Source: Myxococcota bacterium (lineage in GTDB: Bacteria; Myxococcota_A; Polyangia; Nannocystales; Nannocystaceae). Taken from it: a DNA stretch of 21,178 nucleotides. A program made the translations under genes and the position numbers. Under the pieces are notes generated by a model. It saw only the letters and a program-made list of their open reading frames with translations, did not search any database and had not been told where the DNA came from. The stretch covers positions 1 to 21,178 of the forward strand of contig JBCCHT010000079.1 of the NCBI GenBank assembly GCA_039028615.1, written 5' to 3'. Numbering within the stretch: position 1 is the first letter of the stretch; each line of letters starts with the position of its first letter. This document shows positions 10,885 through 21,164 of this stretch, one piece after another.

Positions 10885-13131
10885 TCAAGGGGCGGGCACG
10901 GTGGAGTTGGTGCCCTGGATCACGCACCACTGGTTCAGGACGCCCCCGTCCCCGCTGATGGTGTCGTTGATGGCGATCTGCCAGTCGCCGCCGCCGTCGT
11001 CGAGACCGGAGAAGGCCGCGAGGTCTTCGTGGGAGGACGCGAAGCCTCCACCGCCGAGCGGAGAGAAGCAGGAGATGGGGCCGGGCCCGGGGCTGTCGAA
11101 GGTGACCAACATGTCGTTGTCGCCGTTGTCGCAGGAGTTGTCGAAGACCCGCACGGTGGTCCCGGTGGCGACGTACTCGATGTCGATCTCCATGTCGCCC
11201 GCCCAAGTGTGGTTGGCATCGACGCTGACGTCGACGTCGACCAGCGCGTCCCCGTTGCCGGGGACGGTGAGGGTGTCGATCGCGACCGGGCTGTCCGCGT
11301 TGGGGCCGATGGGGATGTTGGGGTTCGAGCAGTAGACGTCGACTTGGTCGTAGCAGGTGTCGGTGTCGAAGGCATCGCAGGTGGCATTGCAGCCGAGTTC
11401 ACCGCCGAGGAACCCCTGGCTCGAGCAGGCCGCCGAGCCCAGAGCCGCACCGTCACAGGTCTCGCCAGGATCGATGACCCCGTTGCCACAGTTGAGGAAG
11501 CAGGCCGAGGTGTCGAACGAGCTGCAGTCCCCGTTGCATGCGAGCGGGCCGCCATCGAAGCCCAGGGAGATGCAGGTCTCACCGTCGAGATCCGGGCCGT
11601 CGCAGACGTCGCTGCCATCGATGATCCCGTTGCCGCAGGCGAAGATGACGCAGGACGAGGTATCGAAGGCCGTGCAGTCGGCATTGCACGAAAGAGGGCC
11701 GGCATCGAAGCCCTGGGTGATGCAGGTCTCGCCGTCGAGGTTCATCCCGTCGCAGGCCTCGGAACCACCCACGACCCCGTTGCCGCAGATGCTACAGCCC
11801 AGGACGTCGAAGTCCGAACAATCGGCCGTGCACCCGAGCGTGCCTTGATCGTAGCCGAGACCGATGCAGCTCTGGCCATCGAGGTCGGCGCCGTCGCAGA
11901 CTTCGGTGCCGCCAGCCGAGCCGTCGCCGCAGGTATCACAGCCCGAGGTGTCGTAGCCCGAACAGTCGGCCGCGCAGGCGAGCGTGCCCTCGTCGAAGCC
12001 TAGGGAGGCGCAGGTCTGACCGTCCAAGTCGGTGCCGTCGCAGGCCTCGATCGGACCACCGATGGCGTCGTCGCCACAGACATGGCAGCCCGAGGTGTCG
12101 AACGCCGAACAGTCGGCAGCGCAGGCGATCGTGCCGCCGTCGAAGCCTTGGGTGGTGCAGGTCTGACCGGCCAGGTCCGCGCCGTCGCAGGTCTCGGGAC
12201 CCTCGATGACGTCGTCGCCACAGGCATTGCAGCCCGAGGTTTCGTACCCGGAACAGTCGGCCGCGCAGGCGAGCATGCCGTCGTCGAAGCCCTGGGAGAC
12301 ACAGGTCTGACCGGCCAGGTCGGCGCCGTCGCAGACCTCGAGACCCCCGACGATGTCGTCGCCGCAGGCGAAGCATCCGGTGGTGTCGAAGGACGCGCAC
12401 ATACCGAGTTGATCACAGGCGAGCGTGCCCCCGTCGAAGCCCTGGGAGACGCAGTCTTGGCCGCCGAGGTCGGGGCCGTCGCAGGCCTCGGGAGGTTGGA
12501 CCGTGTCGTCGCCACAACCGACCACGAAGCAGCCCGAGAGATCGAACTCGCAGCGGGGCGTGCACCCGAGCACGCCCGCGTCGAGACCCTGGCTGACGCA
12601 ATCCTCTCCGCCGAGGTCCATGCCGTCGCACTCTTCGTCGCCTTGGATTGCGCCGTCGCCACAAAGGACCCTCGCGCAGGGCGAAGTGTCCAACGTGCAG
12701 TCTTCCGCGCAGGCCAGTTCACCTTCGCCAAAGCCTCGATCGAGGCAGGTCTGGCCATCGAGCTGTTCGCCGTCGCAGTCTTCGCCGTCGTCGATGACTC
12801 CGTTGCCGCAGGTGTCCCCGTCGGTGGTGTCCTCGCCCTCGGTCGTGTCGCCGTCGGTGGTGCCTTCGGTCGACGTCGACGCCGTCCCCTCCGTCGCGGC
12901 ATCGGTGGTCTGGGAATCGGTGGTCTGAGGTTCGGTCGTCTGCGCCGTCGGAAGACCGGTATCACCGGTTTGCCCGCTCGTCGTGGAGTCGTCGGAGGTC
13001 ACCGTCGGGACGTCGTCGCTGGGGCACCCGGTCAGGCACGCAGAGACCAACACGAGGGTCAGTCTCGTCGACAGTGCTCGGGTATGTGTTCGGTAGAGTT
13101 CCTCGAGTCGATTCCGCAGCGGCTTCCCCAT
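10885..13131 (-). CDS. Putative lipoprotein: Thr/Asp-rich linker, ten 6-Cys repeats and a C-terminal proprotein-convertase P-domain, ~748 aa (start uncertain)
   Basis: Hydrophobic stretch LTLVLVSACLTG-C followed by PSDD (lipobox), then a T/D/E-rich stalk and repeats CG(N/D)x6-7(E/D)xCDGxDLxGxxCxxxGFxxGxLxCxxxCxx(F)DxSxC. The C-terminal HTWAGDM...GDWQIAINDTISGDGGVLNQWCV matches the P-domain pattern. ATG 13131 chosen over the track's 13227. Confidence 0.85.
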   Translation of the reverse strand: MGKPLRNRLEELYRTHTRALSTRLTLVLVSACLTGCPSDDVPTVTSDDSTTSGQTGDTGLPTAQTTEPQTTDSQTTDAATEGTASTSTEGTTDGDTTEGEDTTDGDTCGNGVIDDGEDCDGEQLDGQTCLDRGFGEGELACAEDCTLDTSPCARVLCGDGAIQGDEECDGMDLGGEDCVSQGLDAGVLGCTPRCEFDLSGCFVVGCGDDTVQPPEACDGPDLGGQDCVSQGFDGGTLACDQLGMCASFDTTGCFACGDDIVGGLEVCDGADLAGQTCVSQGFDDGMLACAADCSGYETSGCNACGDDVIEGPETCDGADLAGQTCTTQGFDGGTIACAADCSAFDTSGCHVCGDDAIGGPIEACDGTDLDGQTCASLGFDEGTLACAADCSGYDTSGCDTCGDGSAGGTEVCDGADLDGQSCIGLGYDQGTLGCTADCSDFDVLGCSICGNGVVGGSEACDGMNLDGETCITQGFDAGPLSCNADCTAFDTSSCVIFACGNGIIDGSDVCDGPDLDGETCISLGFDGGPLACNGDCSSFDTSACFLNCGNGVIDPGETCDGAALGSAACSSQGFLGGELGCNATCDAFDTDTCYDQVDVYCSNPNIPIGPNADSPVAIDTLTVPGNGDALVDVDVSVDANHTWAGDMEIDIEYVATGTTVRVFDNSCDNGDNDMLVTFDSPGPGPISCFSPLGGGGFASSHEDLAAFSGLDDGGGDWQIAINDTISGDGGVLNQWCVIQGTNSTVPAP
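11353..12810 (-). repeat. Ten intragenic tandem repeats of ~48-50 codons, each with six Cys
   Basis: Counted in the translation from CGNGVIDDGEDCDG to ...CDAFDTDTC. Central units 4-6 are the most alike (GQTC..GFD.G..ACAADCS..TSGC). Confidence 0.92.
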
Positions 13132-13233
13132 CCCAGCCAATCGTGAACCGATGCGCGCAACTTCCGATGTAAGGCGCCGTACCTGATCCCGATTCACATC
13201 GATTGCGGGGGAACACCCACAAACCAACGAGCT

Positions 13234-13272
13234 CGACCCACCCGCATCGAGAGGATCGACGGGGGTGGGTCG
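13234..13272 (-). terminator. Stem-loop after hydA (possible terminator or mRNA stabiliser)
   Basis: Perfect 10-bp inverted repeat cgacccaccc (13234-13243) / gggtgggtcg (13263-13272), 27 nt past the hydA stop. Only a weak U-rich tract follows. Confidence 0.4.
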
Positions 13273-13299
13273 GCCGGGTTGGCTCGGGCGCGGTGGCCC

Positions 13300-14853
<1,554 letters not shown>

Positions 14854-15720
14854 CTAGGGGTCGACGATCTCGTCGTAAGCGTCGGGGCGGCGGTCCCGGT
14901 AGAACTGCCACGTGCTGCGAACCTCGTCGATCACCGACAGGTCCAGGTCGGCCACGACCACCTCGTCGTTGTCCTCGGAGGCCTCGGCGACGATCTGGCC
15001 GCGCGGGTTCACGAAGTAGCTGGTGCCGTAGAACTTGCCCACGTTCCAGGGAGCCTCGGTGCCCACGCGGTTGATGGCGCCGACGTAGTAGCCGTTGGCG
15101 ACGGCGTGGGCCGGCTGCTCGATCTTCCACAGGTACTGGGAGAGCCCGGCCACGGTGGCCGAGGGGTTGAACACGATCTCGGCCCCGTTGAGGCCCAGGC
15201 AGCGCGCACCCTCGGGGAAGTGGCGGTCGTAGCAGATGTACACGCCGATGGTGGCGTAGCGCGTCTTGAAGACGGGGTAGCCGCCATCACCGGGGCGGAA
15301 GAAGAACTTCTCCCAAAAGCCCGCGACCTGGGGAATGTGCTGCTTGCGATACTTGCCCAGGTAGGTGCCGTCGGCGTCGATGACCGCGGCGGTGTTGTAG
15401 TAGACCACGCGCATCGCCTTCTCGTAGACGGGCACGACGATGACCATCTCGTGCTTCTTGGCGAGCTCGGCGAGCCGGTTGACGGTGGGGCCGGGCACGG
15501 GCTCGGCCGACTCGTACCAGCGGGCATCCTGGCTGGGGCAGAAGTAGGGGCCATTGAAGATCTCTTGTAGGCAGAGAACCTGGACCCCTTTGCTGGCCGC
15601 TTCTTCGATCAGCGGGAGATGCTTTTGGTACATCGCCTCCTTGATCTCCTCGACGGGACGCGACTCATCGTTGAGCGGGTTGGCGCACTGAATTAGCCCG
15701 CATCGGACGATTTCACTCAT
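14854..15720 (-). CDS. Nitrilase-superfamily beta-ureidopropionase (beta-alanine synthase), 288 aa
   Basis: E-K-C triad contexts LQEIFNGPYFC, YRKQHIP and ICYDRHFPE, plus FWEKFFFRPG, VFNPSAT and INRVG; adjacent to hydA; GAGGT upstream of ATG 15720. Confidence 0.9.
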   Translation of the reverse strand: MSEIVRCGLIQCANPLNDESRPVEEIKEAMYQKHLPLIEEAASKGVQVLCLQEIFNGPYFCPSQDARWYESAEPVPGPTVNRLAELAKKHEMVIVVPVYEKAMRVVYYNTAAVIDADGTYLGKYRKQHIPQVAGFWEKFFFRPGDGGYPVFKTRYATIGVYICYDRHFPEGARCLGLNGAEIVFNPSATVAGLSQYLWKIEQPAHAVANGYYVGAINRVGTEAPWNVGKFYGTSYFVNPRGQIVAEASEDNDEVVVADLDLSVIDEVRSTWQFYRDRRPDAYDEIVDP

Positions 15721-15758
15721 CGGCAATTACCTCGATTGGCGGTGGCTGGCAGGCGCGA

Positions 15759-15787
15759 AGAATACGAAAAGCGATCGCTGGTGTCGA
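15759..15787 (-). promoter_or_regulatory. Candidate sigma70-type promoter for the ureidopropionase-hydA unit
   Basis: The minus strand reads TCGACA-N17-TATTCT, 38 nt upstream of ATG 15720. The spacer contains the palindrome AGCGATCGCT (15770-15779). Confidence 0.5.
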
Positions 15788-16056
15788 CGCTTCGGCGCGG
15801 CGCAGGGGCCGGTGAGCGCAGTGCTCGAGGCGATGTCTCGGGGGCTCCGAGCCCCCGCTCGGCGTCGGGTTCGGTGTTGCGACCGTGTATTTGCGGGGCC
15901 AAGGCTCAGCGGGGAGGGCCGGCAGCCGGCCGTAAACGGCCATTTGGAGCCGGTTGGTGCCCGAATCGCTCGGTCGCGCCGTCGCTGCGTCGGATGTCGT
16001 TCGCGGCTGGCCTCGCCCACGGACCCGGCCCATACCCGGCCCGATCCCGGAACCGG

Positions 16057-16860
16057 CTAGGCGCCGACGGGTTCGATGCAGGTATGAAACTCCCCGTTTT
16101 CGCCGAACGCATCCACGCCCTCGGGGAGCCGCGCGATGAGGTCGTCGTCGTAGGGATCACCGATCGCGATGACCTGGTCGACGCGCTCGTCCACCGCACA
16201 GATGTGGCAGCGCACCGGGGCCTCGGCGAGCTCGCGCGTCAGCTCGGGATAGGGCCGCTTCCACACGGGGAAGCACAGCTGCACGCCCATCGACTCGACC
16301 AACGGCGCCAACGCTCGTCGTCGCCAGTCGCGAATCGACTCGAGGTGGAGGTCGCCGAAGGCCAGCCGCACGATGGGGCGGCGGCGTCGAAGCGTGCGTA
16401 GCCCAAGCTGCACTCGGTCGAGGTAGTCGCGGTGTGGGAACAGCGGCGTGAGTACGATCGGCAGATCGAGGGCCTGCGCCTGGGCCTGGATCGTGGGCAT
16501 GGTGACCCCTTGGTGAGCCACGATCTCCGAGGCGTCCTCAAAGGTCGTCATCAGCACGACCGGTCGCTGACCCTCGCGCTGCAGCGCCCGCAGGGCGAGA
16601 TAGGAATCCTTGCCGCCGCTCCAGAACAGCACGTCGCAGGGGCGGTCGTCGGTGTCCTGACCCAGGAGCCACGGGTCGCGCGACGCAGGGCGCGGGCCTT
16701 GGACGTCGCGATGGCCAAAGGGGCAATGACGACAGCCGCAGCCGCAGCACTTGCCCCGCTTTTCGTGGGCGAGCGCGGTGAAGACCTGGTAGCCGGTCTG
16801 GGGATCGGTATAGCGGAGCAGTCCGGCCTCGCAGGCGCGGGCGTGAAGGTCGTCGCTCAT
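16057..16860 (-). CDS. Fusion of an N-terminal DUF5522-like Cys/His knuckle and a Dph6/DUF71 (COG2102)-type PP-loop ATP pyrophosphatase, 267 aa
   Basis: N-terminus LHARAC..YTDPQTGYQVFTALAHEKRGKCCGCGCRHCPFGH, then the PP-loop FWSGGKDS, AFGDLHLESIRDWR, FPVW and VDAFGENGEFHT. ATG 16860 overlaps the upstream stop (ATGA). Confidence 0.85.
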   Translation of the reverse strand: MSDDLHARACEAGLLRYTDPQTGYQVFTALAHEKRGKCCGCGCRHCPFGHRDVQGPRPASRDPWLLGQDTDDRPCDVLFWSGGKDSYLALRALQREGQRPVVLMTTFEDASEIVAHQGVTMPTIQAQAQALDLPIVLTPLFPHRDYLDRVQLGLRTLRRRRPIVRLAFGDLHLESIRDWRRRALAPLVESMGVQLCFPVWKRPYPELTRELAEAPVRCHICAVDERVDQVIAIGDPYDDDLIARLPEGVDAFGENGEFHTCIEPVGA

Positions 16861-17768
16861 GGCAGGCGCCTGGCGTGCTCGGGCGGGACGGGCTGCCCGG
16901 TGAAGATGGCTCGAAGAAGCTCGGCGCCCTGGACCACGCGCGGCCCCGGTCGGCTGAACATGGCGTTGGCGTCCGCGGCCCAGACCCGACCTTCGGTGAC
17001 CGCTCGCATCCCAGCGAGCGGCCCCGCGCACGCCTTCCGCAGGTGCGCGTGGTTCTGCTCGAGGTCGAAGCCGCAGGCGATGCCGACGATGAGGTCGGGG
17101 TCGGCCTGGCGCAGCGCGTCCCAGGTGCTGCGACGGCTGGGTGCACCGGGGGTGCCGAAGGGATCGTGACCTCCCGCGACCGCAACTTGCTCGGGCACCC
17201 AGTGCCCGCCGAACCACGGTGGATCGGGCCACTCGAGCATCGCCACGACCGGGCGCGAGGAAGGAGGGGTGGAGGCCAAGCGTTGCCAGCGTTCGTCCAG
17301 ACGGCCGAGCAGGGTCTCGGCCGCGCTCGGTCGACCCATCGCTTCGGCCAGTCGCGACACGTCGGCTCGAATGCCGGCCCAGTCGGTTGCGCCGAGCGAG
17401 ACCACAGGGGCGGTGCACGCCTGCTCGACGGGGACCAGCCGTAGGCTCGACTCGATGGTGGTCTCGGTGACCGCACAGACGGCGCAGACGCCCTGGGTCA
17501 CGATGAGGTCGGGCCGCAGCGCGGCGAGCCGCGGGCCGTCGACGGCATAGAGCGGGCGGCCTTCGAGCGAGGCCTCGCGGACGGCGGCGTCGATCTGAGC
17601 TGGAGTCAGGCCGTGGTCGAGGATGCTCGAAGTGAGCCGAGGCAGCGCGCTCACCTGCGGCGGGAAGTCACACTCGTGACTGATGCCCACCAGCTCATCG
17701 ACTCCGCCGAGCGCACCCACGAGTTCGGTGCCCGAGGGCAAGAGGCTCACAATTCGCAAGGCGGTCAT
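16857..17768 (-). CDS. BtuF-like (cobalamin/Fe-siderophore binding fold) protein lacking a signal peptide, 303 aa
   Basis: Motifs RIVSLLPSGTE, VGISHECDFP, LRPDLIVTQGVCAVCAV, LEWPDPPWFGGHWVPE, CGFDL and FSRPGPR. The fold motif starts at residue 5, leaving no room for an export signal. Confidence 0.85.
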   Translation of the reverse strand: MTALRIVSLLPSGTELVGALGGVDELVGISHECDFPPQVSALPRLTSSILDHGLTPAQIDAAVREASLEGRPLYAVDGPRLAALRPDLIVTQGVCAVCAVTETTIESSLRLVPVEQACTAPVVSLGATDWAGIRADVSRLAEAMGRPSAAETLLGRLDERWQRLASTPPSSRPVVAMLEWPDPPWFGGHWVPEQVAVAGGHDPFGTPGAPSRRSTWDALRQADPDLIVGIACGFDLEQNHAHLRKACAGPLAGMRAVTEGRVWAADANAMFSRPGPRVVQGAELLRAIFTGQPVPPEHARRLP

Positions 17769-17943
17769 GGAGTACGGAGAGCGTGCTCGGTGAGCAGCGC
17801 GGGGACGGTAGCGCGTCTGGCCACGGCGAGGGGACCGCGCAGTGCGGCGTGTCAGGGAATGGCCCTGTAGTGGCGTGTCGCACCGAAGTTTCGCGACATT
17901 GAGACGCCGCGTTCACTCCATTCGCCCCGCGCATGTCACGAGT

Positions 17944-17972
17944 TTGCAACGCTTTTGCAGGTGGACTACGTT
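17944..17972 (+). promoter_or_regulatory. Candidate promoter TTGCAA-N17-TACGTT overlapped by the palindrome TGCAA-N5-TTGCA (Fur-family-like operator)
   Basis: TGCAA at 17945-17949, spacer cgctt, TTGCA at 17955-17959. A -10-like TACGTT at 17967-17972 ends 9 nt before ATG 17982. Confidence 0.5.
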
Positions 17973-17981
17973 CGCGTCGCA

Positions 17982-18344
17982 ATGCGACGTTCACTTCGAC
18001 TTACCGCCCTTGCCCTACTTCCTGTCGTGGGTCTCTACGGCTGTGGCGACGACTCCAGCAGCGAGTCCACCACCACCGAGCACGATCACGACTCCGATCA
18101 CGATCACGCCACCGGGCACAGTCACGAGACTGACAGTCACGAGACCGACGATCACGACACCGATCACGATCACGACACCGATCACGATCACGAGACCGAG
18201 GGTCACGACACCGAGCATCACGACACCGAGGGTCATGACACCGAGGATCACGACACCGAGCACCACGACACCGAGGATCACGACACCGAGCACCACGACG
18301 GCAGCGAGTCCGGTAGCGCCACCACCAGCGGCACCGGAGGCTGA
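17982..18344 (+). CDS. His/Asp/Glu/Thr-rich small lipoprotein (putative metal-binding), 120 aa
   Basis: Signal peptide MRRSLRLTALALLPVVGLYG-C with lipobox. The mature part contains 22 His in HDH/HDTE(G/D/H) repeats, and codon usage is GC3-rich. Confidence 0.8.
   Translation: MRRSLRLTALALLPVVGLYGCGDDSSSESTTTEHDHDSDHDHATGHSHETDSHETDDHDTDHDHDTDHDHETEGHDTEHHDTEGHDTEDHDTEHHDTEDHDTEHHDGSESGSATTSGTGG
18080..18300 (+). repeat. Degenerate 15-bp repeats (cacgacaccgagNNN) including a near-exact 30-bp tandem duplication at 18241-18300
   Basis: ccgaggatcacgacaccgagcaccacgac(a/g) occurs twice in tandem; related units precede it. Confidence 0.9.
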
Positions 18345-18369
18345 GCCTCACCTCGCGTAGGGCCTCGCG

Positions 18370-19613
18370 TCAGTCGCCGGGGCCCAGCGCGGGACGACGA
18401 GCGAGGCTGGTCAGCGGAAGCGGTCGTCGCACCACACCGCGGACGTTGCCGGCCATGCTCTGGAACATCTTGTGGCGGATCCACGGGATCTTCGCGGCCA
18501 GGGGCATGCCCAGGTCGCGAAGGGTCCCGAGCCACCCATGGCTGGACTGGAAGAACGGAGTCAGCCAGCGGGTGGCTCTCATGTAGTAGGTCAGGTGCGC
18601 TCGGCGTTCGCGGGTGTAGCTCGCCAGCGCGCGCGGGAGGTGCTCGGCCTTCGCGAGCTCGTGGGCGAGCACGGCCGCGTCGACGAGGGCGAGGTTGCAG
18701 CCCTGGCCGAGCTGCGGGCTCATGGCATGCGCCGCGTCTCCCAGCAGCACGATGCGGTCGCCGTGCCACTGCGGCATCTGGACATGACGGTAGTGGGCGA
18801 AGAGCAGGTCGCGGGGGTCCTTCAGCGGCTCCAGCACGAACGCGGCGCGGGGGTCGAAGGACAGCACCTGCTGCTTCCACTCGTCGAAGCCACCCGCGCG
18901 GAAGGCCTCGAGACGGTCGGCGCGGAGGCTCCAGAACAAGCTCACCTGAGGCGGTGAGCCGGGAGTCGGGCCGCGCCCGGTAGGCAGCAGGCCGAGCATG
19001 ATGCCCGTGCCGCGGACGGTCTGGAACAGCTCGCCCGCGTAGACCTCGTCGCAGTCGTCGGTGACGTGCCACAGCGCGCCCCAGGGGTAGGGGTCCTCGC
19101 GATAGCGCAGCCCGCTGTTGGCTCGCAGGGTGGAGCGGGCCCCGTCGGCGACGATGACCAGCTCGTGAGGCCCGAGCCGCTCGCCGTCGGCGGTGCGTAG
19201 CGCGATGCCGTCCATGGTGGGGTGGGGCGCGACGATGTCGAGGCCGCAGCGCAGCTCGAGGCCGGCCTGAGCCTTGGCCGCGTCCAGCAGGGTCTGGAAC
19301 AGCACGCCGCGGTGCAGCCCCAGGCCGAACAGGTCGGGGCCGACGGGCGAGTAGTCGAGCCGTACGACCGTGCGTCCTTTGTCGCGAACGCACCGTAGTC
19401 TGTCGATGCGTGCCCCGTGCTCGAGGATCGGAGCGAAGAGCCCGAGCTGCTGGAGCACGGCCTGCCCGGTGGGCTGCAGCACGATGCCCGCCCCGACCGG
19501 CTTGGGGTCGTCCACGCGCTCGTAGAGGGTGACTTTGTGTCCGTCTCGCGCCAGCAGCAGGCCGGCGGCGGTGCCGGCCGTACCCGCGCCGACGATGGCG
19601 ATATCGAGGGCGT

Positions 19614-19617
<4 letters not shown>
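18370..19617 (-). CDS. FAD-dependent monooxygenase (group A flavoprotein hydroxylase, UbiH/salicylate hydroxylase-like), ~415 aa
   Basis: IAIVGAGTAG (GxGxxG), VADGARS (DG motif) and LLGDAAHAMSPQLGQGCNLALVDA (GD motif). The GTG start at 19617 overlaps the kinase stop (GTGA). Confidence 0.9.

Positions 19618-21164
<1,547 letters not shown>

Noticed and set aside
10885..13131. Cys-rich protein as the TraA kin-recognition receptor
   Set aside because: It lacks a distal N-terminal PA14-like domain, a C-terminal MYXO-CTERM anchor and an adjacent traB (OmpA) gene; the architecture is an N-terminal lipid anchor with a C-terminal P-domain.
4647..13299. A2M plus Cys-rich block as a mobile element or genomic island
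   Set aside because: I saw no integrase or transposase, terminal repeats, tRNA target or obvious compositional shift. It is kept only as a possible rearrangement.
15880..15945. CCGTAAA loop suggesting a purine riboswitch upstream of nucleobase catabolic genes
   Set aside because: It is on the strand opposite the genes, and the other conserved elements (ATATGG loop, TTTCTAC junction) are absent.
16057..16860. Calling this gene a true diphthamide synthase (dph6)
   Set aside because: Diphthamide is an archaeal/eukaryotic EF-2 modification and no other dph genes are present; only family membership is supported.
17769..17981. Cobalamin riboswitch upstream of the BtuF-like gene
   Set aside because: I could not find the conserved GGGAA-containing core or a B12 box in the right order on the minus strand; an Rfam search would settle it.
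18001..18351. Alternative-frame repeat ORFs over the His-rich gene (Val/Ile/Gly-rich 18015..18296-, Arg/Cys/Asp-rich 18001..18351-, Thr/Pro-rich 17842..18360+)
   Set aside because: They are frame shadows of the same repeats; only the His-rich frame has a signal peptide, lipobox and typical codon bias.
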